Virus record (IMG/VR): IMGVR_UViG_3300010352_001543
Reading direction: 5' to 3' (one strand)
Length of the DNA stretch: 64,000 bases
DNA from: a virus
Taxonomy: Duplodnaviria; Caudoviricetes
Shown here: positions 21,100 to 31,675 of the stretch, in pieces
How the letters are laid out: each line of letters opens with the position of its first letter
Position numbering within the stretch: position 1 is the first letter of the stretch
The notes under the pieces: generated by a model
What the model saw: only the letters and a program-made list of their open reading frames with translations
Databases searched by the model: none
What the model was told of the DNA's origin: nothing
Program-made: the position numbers and the translations under genes

Positions 21100-21828
21100 T
21101 TAAAAAGTTATGAACCAGTCCATTGGGTCGGATGATATCAAATATTCTTCTATTTTTTCTAATTCTGCTTCTGACTCACTTCGTAATGAGTCGACATCAA
21201 TTTCCACGTTACCTGGTAAAGGAAACTTATACATACCAATTATCCGAGCAAAACTTTCTTTCGCTTTAGCATGACAGTAACGAATGAAATAATGGTCTTC
21301 CATTAATTTATCATCTTCAATTCCCACCATACCTTCTACAAGAACTTTTAGCTTTGGATCTCTACCCAAAATCTGTAATTTTTTATTGTTTTTATTGAAT
21401 GAATATGTTATGTCATCAACAATAAAAATCTTTGTTAAATCTATCATCTGGGCACGCGCAACTCTTAGAACTAAATCATCACCCATTGAATTATCTATAT
21501 ATACACTTGACGCCATCATCCTTGCTTCACTGAAATCCTTATCTATGAAATTAAACCGTCCATTACTTTTAATTTCTTTAACTTTATGAACAGATAAAAA
21601 ATTATCCGGTAATGTTATAGAACGGGAACGTTTAAATTCTTGTGTTCCGAATATACTACTTGGTAAAATTAATCGCTGATCCTCTGTTGCATATCGATAA
21701 CGATCATAGAAATATTTTTTGGTCTGTTCAATAACACGTATTATTTCAGCATCCTTGAGAAGCTGTGGAAGAGTTCCTGAACCGGTAAGTTCCGCCACTA
21801 TATCTGCGAGTAAGGCTTCTTTAGTCAT
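21100..21828 (-). CDS. Neck protein (gp13-like)
   Basis: RY..AKAK...ARIIGMY..PLPGNVEID...L..E...E pattern. Confidence 0.7.
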   Translation of the reverse strand: MTKEALLADIVAELTGSGTLPQLLKDAEIIRVIEQTKKYFYDRYRYATEDQRLILPSSIFGTQEFKRSRSITLPDNFLSVHKVKEIKSNGRFNFIDKDFSEARMMASSVYIDNSMGDDLVLRVARAQMIDLTKIFIVDDITYSFNKNNKKLQILGRDPKLKVLVEGMVGIEDDKLMEDHYFIRYCHAKAKESFARIIGMYKFPLPGNVEIDVDSLRSESEAELEKIEEYLISSDPMDWFITF

Positions 21829-23015
21829 CGTTTCGGGTTTAATTTTATATTAGTGAATACTCCACTTTTTTCATCAGCTTCCATATACTCATCTTGATGT
21901 TTTAAGAAATCTTGTTCCAAATCTCTTGGAAAAAATCCAAAATGATTTAGTGGATATAAGGAATATTCAATTTCCTTTTTGAATTGTTTTCCGAAATCAT
22001 CCAAGAAAACATTTTTTAATTTTTGAAGCTTTTCTTGTTTATTCTGGTTTAAAACAATATCATAAGTTCCGAGAATTGTTTCATACATACAAACAAATTG
22101 ATAAAATGGAAGACCGGAACCAGCATTACATTCTATAATTTTAATTTTGTTGTCATTAGTTATAAAAAAATCTAAAGAAAAGGTATTTAATTTCATTAAA
22201 TTGTTTGCTTTATGTGCTACCTCTATCAACTCCTCTATGTAAGGGAATCTGTTTATATTTTGTTGAACATAACAAAAATCATTTTTTTCATCTATTTTTT
22301 TATTGAAAATAGTAGCGGCTCCATCCAAAGCAACTCGTTCTGCTAAAGAAAATATATTGTCTTGAAAAAATAGAACTCTATATTCCCTCTTGAAGTCAAT
22401 ACATTCGGAATATAAATCAAATTTATGCTTCTTATCTTTTTTTTCGAATTCGGATAATTCTTCAAACGAATCAAATTTCTTAATTCCTATACCACTATGT
22501 CCCGCTTCCGGTTTCGCTATAACTGGAAATTTTAACTTTATAGCATCTTCTTTGCTAAAAACTGTTTTTGGAAAGTATTCTCCTATAACAGGACTTAGTA
22601 ATTTGTAATTAGCTATCTTTAATGTTTTATCATCCGAATTATAAAGAAAAATAATATCCTTATTATTTTTAAATTTATTAGCAAGAAACAAAATCTTATC
22701 ATTTTCGTCATCCATTTCCATATTCGCTTTATACTTATCACCAACAACAACCATATTAGAATAAATGATAGAATTTTTAGGAAATTTAATTTTTTTAAAA
22801 TCTTCCAATATTCCATCTTCGAAATTATATACCTTCATGAAATTTTTCGCAAAGTAATTATATAATTTTTTTTCAAATGGGCTTCTTTTTTTAGAAAAAT
22901 TTTGTTTAGCCAAAAAATAAAATGAAAAATTATTAAAGAATGTATTATCATTCATAAATTGTTCAAATGTCAAGCATCTTAGTTTATTAGTAAATTCTTT
23001 TGTTATTTCTTTCAT
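21825..23015 (-). CDS. ATP-grasp ligase (RimK-like)
   Basis: FPVIAKPEAGHSGIGI, EYRV, SLDFF, IIECNAGSG. Confidence 0.82.
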   Translation of the reverse strand: MKEITKEFTNKLRCLTFEQFMNDNTFFNNFSFYFLAKQNFSKKRSPFEKKLYNYFAKNFMKVYNFEDGILEDFKKIKFPKNSIIYSNMVVVGDKYKANMEMDDENDKILFLANKFKNNKDIIFLYNSDDKTLKIANYKLLSPVIGEYFPKTVFSKEDAIKLKFPVIAKPEAGHSGIGIKKFDSFEELSEFEKKDKKHKFDLYSECIDFKREYRVLFFQDNIFSLAERVALDGAATIFNKKIDEKNDFCYVQQNINRFPYIEELIEVAHKANNLMKLNTFSLDFFITNDNKIKIIECNAGSGLPFYQFVCMYETILGTYDIVLNQNKQEKLQKLKNVFLDDFGKQFKKEIEYSLYPLNHFGFFPRDLEQDFLKHQDEYMEADEKSGVFTNIKLNPKR

Positions 23016-23019
23016 ATGA

Positions 23020-24375
23020 TTATCCTATTATATCCTCCGCTACAATACACTTATCATCAACTTCCGCACTATCCGATAAGGTACCTTTTCTAATAACGCA
23101 ATTTTTAAAGGTTCCTGTTATTTCATAGTCGTTCTTGTTAAGTATATAACAATCTTCAAATTCATTATCCTGTTCGTAAATACTATCCATTATTTTCATA
23201 GTTTTGCAAGTATTGTTTTGAACAAAATGAACATTCTCTAAAATTGATTCATTTATTTCACAATTCCAGAATCTGATGTTTTTGCCGGTACCCTGGAACT
23301 TACAATCTATCAATTCCAAGCTATTCAAATTTACAGCATTCTTGATATCAGCATCTTTGATTTGGAATTTAGAGGTATCGGTGTCGTAGTTTATATGTCC
23401 TTCGGTGACCTTACAATTAGCTATCAAATTCCATATAATAATACTAATCTGACTCAGATATGTTTTAAGTACCATTAAATCAGATTTCAAATCAACCGAA
23501 AGTATTAAATTAGGGTAGACATTTTTGAAATTTTCTATTCTATTGATACTCGATAATAAAAACTTATTATCATCTATCATTTTCTTTAGAATTTTTTCTT
23601 GTTTTTTAGTTATTAGAGGTTCCTTCAAAGTGTCATACATTGAAAAAGCGAAATCTTCAATTAGTTCACTTACTTCTTTATATTTTTGTTCATAATCCTC
23701 TCCACCCAAATATCTAAATTCCATATAATTATTTGGAATTTTAGTAAAATTAACACCAAAATACTTGTCATACGGAGGAGCAATAAGTTTAGCGGTTAAT
23801 GGGATGTCTGCTTTGAATGACAAATACGGAGTAGTGAAAAAGTATTGTTTTATGGAACTAGCGTACACGTTGTTTTTTCTATTAGGAAAGTATTTCCAAA
23901 TCTTCTCTTCATCGAAATCCATAGCAAATTTCAGAAGGTTAAGATGTTGAATATTTAATTCTTTATGTTTCTCTAAACTAACATTAATATGTAATCCACA
24001 TAACTCAGTAGTTGAGCCATAATATCCAATGAAATCAAATATTTTTTTTAGAATTATTAACGATTCATGGTAGTCCATCGGTCCGGTCACTAATTCATAC
24101 ATTTCGTCACCTCCACTAAAGTCCATCTCTAATTTAAAAACTTTATCGGAGAGTGATACTTTTGAATCATCAGAAGCATTTGATTTTAATTTTTTAGTTA
24201 TTTTATTTCCTTTCCGTGTTATATCCCATTCTAACTTTATTTCTTTTCCTTTCAAACTTTTTGTTAAAAGTTTTTGTAATTCGGTGGGTTTGAATTTGGA
24301 ATAAAATTCAAATTCAAACCCTACCATAAAAGGATCAAGAATGGTGTATTTCTCTGTATATTTTCGTTTAACCAT
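23020..24375 (-). CDS. Putative amidoligase (COOH-NH2 ligase) with C-terminal beta-helix-like repeats
   Basis: GFEFEF, ELVTGP, CGLHINVS, KYFGVN, MEFRYLGG. Confidence 0.78.
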   Translation of the reverse strand: MVKRKYTEKYTILDPFMVGFEFEFYSKFKPTELQKLLTKSLKGKEIKLEWDITRKGNKITKKLKSNASDDSKVSLSDKVFKLEMDFSGGDEMYELVTGPMDYHESLIILKKIFDFIGYYGSTTELCGLHINVSLEKHKELNIQHLNLLKFAMDFDEEKIWKYFPNRKNNVYASSIKQYFFTTPYLSFKADIPLTAKLIAPPYDKYFGVNFTKIPNNYMEFRYLGGEDYEQKYKEVSELIEDFAFSMYDTLKEPLITKKQEKILKKMIDDNKFLLSSINRIENFKNVYPNLILSVDLKSDLMVLKTYLSQISIIIWNLIANCKVTEGHINYDTDTSKFQIKDADIKNAVNLNSLELIDCKFQGTGKNIRFWNCEINESILENVHFVQNNTCKTMKIMDSIYEQDNEFEDCYILNKNDYEITGTFKNCVIRKGTLSDSAEVDDKCIVAEDIIG

Positions 24376-24392
24376 AATTGAGTTTATTTTTC

Positions 24393-25553
24393 TTAAACTG
24401 GAATCAACCTTGTATTTTCTTTTTCAGTGTCTACAAAATCAATTTTTACATTAATCAAGTCATTTAAATTAAGGGATAGTCTGTTAGAATATGACCGGAA
24501 AATTAATCCTGTCACGTCCGTTCTTTCATCCAAATTAAGTCTTACAAAAACTCCTAATTCTGGTCTAATCGAAACCACGGTACCTTCAACTATCTGTCCT
24601 TCGTATTTTTCTTTAATTTTAGGATAAGTGAAAGTTATTATATTTTCAGGTATAGTGGTTAAAATTATTGAATTTTTAGCCGTTACCTCTTTTATAAGTA
24701 CTTCCATTTCCATCCCTGGTTGATATAATCTTTCTTTGAAATCATATAGCACATCCGGATTCATTTCTGAAGTATGTAGCAGTCCGGTAAAGATGTCATC
24801 AAATTCAATAAATATACCAAACTTGGTTGTACCTGTTATGATCCCTATTTTTGAATCACCTAGTTCTAACTCACCCAAACGCTTAGGTAACTCATATTTT
24901 AAGAACTTTTTATTGGACACTACTATTTCATCAAGATTAGCAATATAATCTTCTATCATAACATTAATTCTTTTTCCAATTAAAGAATCAAAATTAATAA
25001 TTTTATTAGCTGATGCCAATGAACCAGGTAAGAATGCTTCTATACCATTAATTTCTACCAAGTAGCCACCTTTATTTCTCGCAATCACATCAGCCAAATA
25101 TGATTTAGAGTTTAGTGATTTCTGTTCAAATAATTCTTCTTTCAAACGCTCGTGATATCCATTATATAACGAGAATGTTACCTCGTCATTTGTTTTTTTA
25201 ATTTGTACTGTTGGTTTATCATCTATCCAATCATAATAACCTTGTGTTTCTACCCATTGTTCCAATTCATCTGAATTGACATTCAATACTCGTTGAAAGA
25301 ATTTTCTTTCTTTATCGATAGATTTAGTTAAAATTAAACCGGTGTCAGTCAGTACTGAAAACTTGTCGTCGTTTATTCTCAATTCAGAAATTTCCAGGAA
25401 ACTGCCATCAAAAATATCTTTTTGGATGACTCCGTATTTGTCCCAATCATTCATTTTTTGTGTTGATTCTAAATCAAACTTATATGAATTAGTTTGAAAT
25501 TTCTCTAATAATTTTTGCACGTCATCTTTTAACGTTTCGATTGATTTTTGCAT
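24393..25553 (-). CDS. Ribosomal protein S1-like multi-S1-domain protein
   Basis: NKGGYLVEINGIEAFLPGS, TKFGIFIEF...GLLHTSEM, LGVFVRL. Confidence 0.82.
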   Translation of the reverse strand: MQKSIETLKDDVQKLLEKFQTNSYKFDLESTQKMNDWDKYGVIQKDIFDGSFLEISELRINDDKFSVLTDTGLILTKSIDKERKFFQRVLNVNSDELEQWVETQGYYDWIDDKPTVQIKKTNDEVTFSLYNGYHERLKEELFEQKSLNSKSYLADVIARNKGGYLVEINGIEAFLPGSLASANKIINFDSLIGKRINVMIEDYIANLDEIVVSNKKFLKYELPKRLGELELGDSKIGIITGTTKFGIFIEFDDIFTGLLHTSEMNPDVLYDFKERLYQPGMEMEVLIKEVTAKNSIILTTIPENIITFTYPKIKEKYEGQIVEGTVVSIRPELGVFVRLNLDERTDVTGLIFRSYSNRLSLNLNDLINVKIDFVDTEKENTRLIPV

Positions 25554-25626
25554 TTATATTTTTACATAAAATAAAACAAATTGTTGATGATACTTTATCA
25601 TCGTTCTTCATATAGTATATATTACT

Positions 25627-25660
25627 AAAAAAGATCAGGAGGTGGAAATCCTGATCTTTT
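25627..25660 (-). terminator. Rho-independent terminator
   Basis: aaaagatcagga/tcctgatctttt stem. Confidence 0.75.
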
Positions 25661-25662
25661 AT

Positions 25663-25947
25663 TTATTTTTTAGGCGTCTTGTATTTCGCCTGGTCAGATT
25701 TCATTTTTCGTTCTTGTTGGTCACTTTGTCTTTTTTCTTCCGCCGCCCGTTTAGCTTCTGCTTCGTTCTGACGTTTTATCTCTTCATTATAATTCTCTAT
25801 TAAATATTCCACCCTAAAAAATTCCATATCGTCAATAATGTTCGGAGTTATATGCATTTTATAAGCAAAAACAAATTCATTTTCTAATAGTTGCTTATAA
25901 CTGACTTGGAACTGACTAAAAAGACTTTCATATATTTGATTTAGCAT
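25663..25947 (-). CDS. Small baseplate-hub/tail assembly protein (likely start ATG 25947)
   Basis: HITPNIIDDMEFFRVEYLI..Y.E pattern of the small gene that follows gp26-like genes. Confidence 0.5.
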   Translation of the reverse strand: MLNQIYESLFSQFQVSYKQLLENEFVFAYKMHITPNIIDDMEFFRVEYLIENYNEEIKRQNEAEAKRAAEEKRQSDQQERKMKSDQAKYKTPKK

Positions 25948-25987
25948 ATTGACTTTACCTTTATGATAGTCAATATAGTCGTACCAT

Positions 25988-26944
25988 CTATAAGAATTTA
26001 CTAAAGATATCTGTTGTATGGACAATGAATAGTCCTTTAATTCCATTCGGAAAGGAAACGTTTTGTTTGTTAACCTCACCACAAGAAGCGCATTTATAAA
26101 TAACGTTCGGGTCTACAGATTTTCTTAACACATCAATTACGGTTGTTACAATAGACATTTCATCCGAATTCCATTTAAGGGTGGACATTGCTTTTTGTTG
26201 AAATGCTAATTTGTCAGTTTCTAATAATTTATATGTTCTGAATAGATATGGAGCTATATTTAAAAAGTCAGTATCTATCCATTTATTTTGTTTACCGTGG
26301 TTGGTTATATAAGTAGCGACATATTCAGCAATACCTATTGTTGGAAGATATAAACTAAATTCGAATCCATTAGCCATCTTAAATTTGAAAGCGCCTTCTT
26401 CAGCGTTATAAAACCTTTCGAGTTCTTTGTCTATAGAGAATTGCATAAAATTATCACTATTGATATTTATGTCCGCTTCTTCACCACAGAAATTACATTG
26501 TAAACGAGTAATTAGATGTGGAGATTCCTTAAAAGTTATCCCACGGATTGCATACAAGACAGCAAATTTATCAATCTCTTCAATGTCCTTGTAGCTATGT
26601 GAAGGCATGGTACAACGAGTATTATTCTTAATAATGAAATGAATTTTTTCTTGTATGTCAAGTGGATCATTTTCATCAACACTAGAGAAGTGTCGAACTT
26701 CTTTTGAAGTTGCTGGTTTTATTTGTAGCTCAAAATTTTCAGGGTAGTATTTACCTCTGCTAGGTAATGTGTCAAGTGGTAAAACTTTCCATCCGACTTC
26801 TGGCATTTGTAATTTTGGTCTATCTTTATTTGGGTCAGCTGACCAATTTTTAGCGGCTGACAATTCCTGTTCTTTTTTCTGTAAAGCATCCTTTGCTTCT
26901 GATTCCGTTACTTCCGACGGAGGAGTAGAAAAAATATCTGGCAT
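25988..26944 (-). CDS. Baseplate hub assembly protein (gp26-like)
   Basis: LPSRGKYYP, IKPAT..E, CNFCG and CASCG Zn pairs. Confidence 0.7.
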   Translation of the reverse strand: MPDIFSTPPSEVTESEAKDALQKKEQELSAAKNWSADPNKDRPKLQMPEVGWKVLPLDTLPSRGKYYPENFELQIKPATSKEVRHFSSVDENDPLDIQEKIHFIIKNNTRCTMPSHSYKDIEEIDKFAVLYAIRGITFKESPHLITRLQCNFCGEEADININSDNFMQFSIDKELERFYNAEEGAFKFKMANGFEFSLYLPTIGIAEYVATYITNHGKQNKWIDTDFLNIAPYLFRTYKLLETDKLAFQQKAMSTLKWNSDEMSIVTTVIDVLRKSVDPNVIYKCASCGEVNKQNVSFPNGIKGLFIVHTTDIFSKFL

Positions 26945-27001
26945 TATTTTTATCCTTTATATTTTAAAAATTTTCGTTACTATATATATTTATGTTTATA
27001 T

Positions 27002-27760
27002 TTACTTATTTTTCACTGATTCTAAGTATTTGACTATTTTCAGTTTTGTCTCCGGTGGAAAATCTGTCGTTAGTACCCATTTGACATAACCTAAATCTTC
27101 ATCTATTGGCTTATCTTTGTTCTTTCCAAAATTCCAGCAGGGTACCTGATTATCATTAACATAAACTTTCCCAGCAAGGTCAAATATTTTTGTTTTATCA
27201 ATTTTCAAGAAAGTATAAACATTTTTAACTATGTCATCATCTTCTTTAGGAATCAATTCCATTTGTTTTTCAAGAATTTTAATATTCGCTTTAACATCAG
27301 AAAGTGCATCATGAGCATCTACTAATTCCAAACCGGTATATTTCTTGTAAACATTTTCAAGTGTTTTCGATGTGAGCGCTATCTCCATTTGGTAGGAGTC
27401 TATGACATTTATGTCATCTAAATCCCAAACATAACCGTAACGATAAAATTCATTAAAAAGAAGCGCTATATCGTAGCCCAAAACATTATATCCGCCAATG
27501 TCACATCCCTTCATAAATTCAAATATCTGCTCAACTACTTCTTCAAAAAGTGGTTTGTCTTTTAACATTTCTAATGTCATTCCTGTTTTTTCAAAGGCAT
27601 GATCAGAGATAGGATGGTCCGGATTTATTTGAAGATTTAATTTTCTTTTAGTACCATCCGTATTGAATTTTATGGCCGCAAACTGCATAATTCGATCATT
27701 AGATGTATCCAATCCGGTTGATTCCAAATCGAAGAAAATTATTGGTTTCATTATTTTCAT
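27002..27760 (-). CDS. DEDDh 3'-5' exonuclease (DnaQ-like)
   Basis: FFDLESTG, GYNVLGYDI, AHDALSDV. Confidence 0.9.
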   Translation of the reverse strand: MKIMKPIIFFDLESTGLDTSNDRIMQFAAIKFNTDGTKRKLNLQINPDHPISDHAFEKTGMTLEMLKDKPLFEEVVEQIFEFMKGCDIGGYNVLGYDIALLFNEFYRYGYVWDLDDINVIDSYQMEIALTSKTLENVYKKYTGLELVDAHDALSDVKANIKILEKQMELIPKEDDDIVKNVYTFLKIDKTKIFDLAGKVYVNDNQVPCWNFGKNKDKPIDEDLGYVKWVLTTDFPPETKLKIVKYLESVKNK

Positions 27761-27828
27761 TTTTATACTACATATTTATAAGTAAAACTATTTTATTATT
27801 TTTACTGATAAACTACTCTTTTTTAAAC

Positions 27829-27860
27829 AAAAGAAGGAGGGATTTTTGTATCCCTCCTTT
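27829..27860 (-). terminator. Terminator after tail sheath
   Basis: aaggagggat/atccctcctt stem. Confidence 0.7.
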
Positions 27861-27900
27861 GATAGTTAATAAAATAGTTAATTATTTTGTAAGTTGTTGG

Positions 27901-30900
27901 TTAGAAAGAAAATCCCTCAGCTTTTACTCCATCGGATCGAGTTACGGTTATTCTATTGACTATTTTTTCTAGTCCCATTGTTGGTGAAATTGACACATCA
28001 ATGATTCCAACACGATCTGCAATTGTTTCAGTAGTGTTATTTGACTCATCCATTGTTACTTCATAGTTGTAAATACCGCCTGCTGTTCTAACGCCTTCTA
28101 AATATTTTTCTACTCTTGTTTTGATTTCAAGTCTGATAGTGTCTTCATTAAAGTCAAATAAGTATGATTGTAAAATATCTTCAATTGCTTCTTCAACTGT
28201 TATTAACAAATCTCTAACATGTAAATTATTAAACGCTGATTTTGTTTTTTGATATGCTAAGTTGTTTCCGTATATCACACATCCTTTATTTTTCTTGTAA
28301 ATAATAGGATTCAAGCCAAAAGGTTGTAAATATTCTCTATCTTCTAACAAAAAGTCATATTCAAGTCCTACTAATTTAGGATCAGAAATAATACCTCTTT
28401 TTGTTCCAGCTACTAAATGGAATGGTGTTCCATTTATAAATTTCTGAACAAAGTTGTTTGAAACATGAGCGGCCGGTGGAACACTTATATTCTTACCTTT
28501 TTCTCTTAAAACTAAGTTAGGAGTGAAGTAACCGGCAAATTTGCTACCGTTAGCTTCATCAGGTAAAGTGAATGTAAAAGCAGGACCTAATGAAAGATTT
28601 CCACCGTCAGGAATGTAACGAGAATTGAATATTGGTTTAGGATCTTCAAGTGTAGGTTCCTCTGTGAATCTAGGATCAACCGAATTTATAAATTCTTGAA
28701 TCGCAGGAGCATTCATTATCGCTAAACATTTCTGGCGTTTCATAGCAAGCTGTGTCAAATATGTTTTAGGATATGTGTTTGGATTAATAGAACCATCAAA
28801 AGAGTCTATCAAATATCTAAATTGTATTTTATCTCTGTCTTTTAAAATTTTGGTTAAGTTTGAATTTGCTTCATCCAGTACACCGAGAATTTTAACAAGT
28901 TGAGCTAATTTATTTTTCTTAGAAGGCATATGCCATTCAGTCATTTTGAAACCTTCTAAATGGAATAATTTATAGTCGTCGATATAATCTTCAATGTCTT
29001 TGATTCTAGTAGCAATGCTATTAGCATCTAAATAAATTGGAAGTAATGTCTTATAAACAAAAACGTTGTCATTTAAACCGGAGTCATAACGTTTAATTTT
29101 TGAAATTACTTTTGTTAATCTGAAATCTTTGACTCCATTACGGTCAACTTTATAACCAACCATATAATCACCGACTTCGATTAAATCTTTGTTCATTCTT
29201 GTTATAGCAAATTCAGTTCTTAATGCATTCAAACTTGAGTTAATAATAGGAACTTGTTTTTTAGCATCCCCGAAATCAGTAAATATTTCAAATGATGTAT
29301 TACTGTCTATTTGGTTAACAATGTATGTGTCCCATTGAATATCTGAAAATGTATCAGCATCGTCATCAATAACAGCAAATTTTCCGGAAACTAAATTACC
29401 ATAAGCGTCATATGCTTGAGTATATGAATCCCAAAGTTTCACTTGTAAAAGAACTGCACCAGAATCAGGATCCATAACTTGATCAAACTCTAAGTATTTG
29501 GATTTGATATTACCTTCTCCTAATTTAACCTTCAATAAATCACCATCTTGAATAATACCCAAGTCCCAGAAATTATATAATCTCGAACCAGTATCGGAAC
29601 GGATAGCACTTATAGTTGGTAGTTGTTCTTCGTTTTGTCCTGGTGTATATAAATAAACTCTGTCCGGTTTTGCGAAGAATTCAATATCGTTACTCATATC
29701 TTCAACTGTTCCAGGTAGATTTAATCTATTTACTAACCAAGTTGAAGTTCCTTTATATGGATAAGCGTAAATTTTCAAAGCTTGGGCAAAATCATCACCT
29801 GTTTCGATTTTATCTTGCTCAACTGAATTAGAGTTCAACATTGTTGAAATTGAAGAAACTAATTTATTATAATTATTATCTTTTTTAACATACAAATTAA
29901 TTGAAGTACCATTAACTATGTCAGCAACTCCACCGAGTGTTTCACCATTATAGTCTACAAATGATAAGTAATAAAATTCACCATCCACCGGATTTTTGAT
30001 TAATACATTATCTGTTGGAACATAATTGTCATATTCTGCTCTATCTGATTCAGAAACACTTGTTGCATCAACTTTGATTCTTGCATAGTCGGTAGAACCA
30101 GTATCGTCTTGAATCGCTTGAATTGCAAATTTTATTTGGTTATTATTAACATCCTTTAAAATGTCATTTGATTTATGTTTATTGGAGAAAACAATTTTCA
30201 AAACCATTCCAAAGTTTTCTTCCACTTCATATACACGTTTCACTAAACCGTAATGGTATGCTGTAGGGAAACCATTTTCTGAATATTCTTCAACTGCGTA
30301 TTTGATAAGAGATTTTTCAGGAACTAATAAATTTTTCAATTTATAGTACTCAATTAAATCTAAACTATCTTGATACTCGGTTGCTGGTTTCTTGACTACT
30401 ATGGTGTTATAATAGTATCCGTATTCTCCACCTAAATGTTGAGATTCCCAATACCATTTATCTGATCCACCTAAATTATAGGAAACTGAATCAAAAGTAT
30501 CTTGTGTCATAGAAGCTGCAAAATCGAAAACATAAGAAGTATCTATACCGGTACGGTATGAAATAAAATCCATAATTTCCGGATTTGTTCTTCCGTTAAC
30601 ATCATCAAACTCAGCTCCTTTTGCAATGTTATGACCGATAAGGTCAATCGCTGAATAATTATCAGAATCAGACTCGTTATTAAACGCAGTGTACTCATCA
30701 AGTGCATTTCTATCAATTGCTATAAACAAACCGGTAGAAGCGAATTTTTGATTCATTAAAGTATCAATTGAATAATTGACCTCGCGTTTATCAACAAAAT
30801 CAGGAATGATTGTACCGATTGTTTCTGCTATAGTTGTTACTTCAGGAGCAGATAAGAATTCTCTCATCTTTCCTTTTTTCAAACCTTCTCTTGTAAAATA

Positions 30901-31602
30901 TTCAGAGAAGATAGGATCTTCCGAAAGGCGTTTATAATCTGTCCAATCGCCTTCTACTGCTAATACTTGTATAAAGTAATCTGATAAATAATCATCATCA
31001 TAAATATACGGTGGTACATTACCTATTCCATACCATTCAACTGCAGTGACGTTAAATTCTTTAGGTCTTGCTTTTCTTATCAAAACAGAAACTGGTTTCT
31101 GCCCAAGATTAACTACATTTAATAGTTTTCCGGAATTTACTGAGCCAGGAGAATTAACATTTGCTAAAAAATATTCTTGGTCAGGGAACCAAAATCTTTC
31201 TTTGTTAAAGAACGAAGAATATAGTTTATAAATTTTATTTCCATTTATTTCGGTAGTCGATAATGAAAATGATTGATAAGGAACCTTATCACCTAAATCA
31301 CTATGGTTATTTAATGGTAAGAGATTCAAAGCATATACTGGTCCTACTGTCAATGCGGTATAAATCATTCTATGGAAAAATGAGCCTTGCTTTTCTAAGT
31401 AAGTATCAATGTCTCCAAAAACTGTCTTAGCAGTTTTCGCATCAGGTAGATAAACAGGAGCATTGAAAATGCCTTTACGGCTGAATCCAATAATAAGCCT
31501 TATGGTCTGTGTGTTTATAATGATCTGTTCAGAAGCATCATACTCCAATGTATATACACCGGACGCTTTAAATTGATCAAGATTAAGTGCTATTTTTGCC
31601 AT
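27901..31602 (-). CDS. Contractile tail sheath protein with large internal insertion
   Basis: ASGVYTLEYD, GFSRKGIFNAPV, VPPAAHVSN, AGTKRG, LHVRDLL, FDFNE, DESNNT. Confidence 0.9.
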   Translation of the reverse strand: MAKIALNLDQFKASGVYTLEYDASEQIIINTQTIRLIIGFSRKGIFNAPVYLPDAKTAKTVFGDIDTYLEKQGSFFHRMIYTALTVGPVYALNLLPLNNHSDLGDKVPYQSFSLSTTEINGNKIYKLYSSFFNKERFWFPDQEYFLANVNSPGSVNSGKLLNVVNLGQKPVSVLIRKARPKEFNVTAVEWYGIGNVPPYIYDDDYLSDYFIQVLAVEGDWTDYKRLSEDPIFSEYFTREGLKKGKMREFLSAPEVTTIAETIGTIIPDFVDKREVNYSIDTLMNQKFASTGLFIAIDRNALDEYTAFNNESDSDNYSAIDLIGHNIAKGAEFDDVNGRTNPEIMDFISYRTGIDTSYVFDFAASMTQDTFDSVSYNLGGSDKWYWESQHLGGEYGYYYNTIVVKKPATEYQDSLDLIEYYKLKNLLVPEKSLIKYAVEEYSENGFPTAYHYGLVKRVYEVEENFGMVLKIVFSNKHKSNDILKDVNNNQIKFAIQAIQDDTGSTDYARIKVDATSVSESDRAEYDNYVPTDNVLIKNPVDGEFYYLSFVDYNGETLGGVADIVNGTSINLYVKKDNNYNKLVSSISTMLNSNSVEQDKIETGDDFAQALKIYAYPYKGTSTWLVNRLNLPGTVEDMSNDIEFFAKPDRVYLYTPGQNEEQLPTISAIRSDTGSRLYNFWDLGIIQDGDLLKVKLGEGNIKSKYLEFDQVMDPDSGAVLLQVKLWDSYTQAYDAYGNLVSGKFAVIDDDADTFSDIQWDTYIVNQIDSNTSFEIFTDFGDAKKQVPIINSSLNALRTEFAITRMNKDLIEVGDYMVGYKVDRNGVKDFRLTKVISKIKRYDSGLNDNVFVYKTLLPIYLDANSIATRIKDIEDYIDDYKLFHLEGFKMTEWHMPSKKNKLAQLVKILGVLDEANSNLTKILKDRDKIQFRYLIDSFDGSINPNTYPKTYLTQLAMKRQKCLAIMNAPAIQEFINSVDPRFTEEPTLEDPKPIFNSRYIPDGGNLSLGPAFTFTLPDEANGSKFAGYFTPNLVLREKGKNISVPPAAHVSNNFVQKFINGTPFHLVAGTKRGIISDPKLVGLEYDFLLEDREYLQPFGLNPIIYKKNKGCVIYGNNLAYQKTKSAFNNLHVRDLLITVEEAIEDILQSYLFDFNEDTIRLEIKTRVEKYLEGVRTAGGIYNYEVTMDESNNTTETIADRVGIIDVSISPTMGLEKIVNRITVTRSDGVKAEGFSF

Positions 31603-31675
31603 TTGTCTTAAATTTATTTTATTTCAAAATTTGTTTTATAATGTATATATTACTTTAGAATTCTACAGAAAATAA

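Noticed and set aside
25948-26082. Upstream extension of ORF 25663-26082
   Set aside because: Overlaps the gp26-like gene; ATG 25947 with an AAGGT site is the more plausible start.
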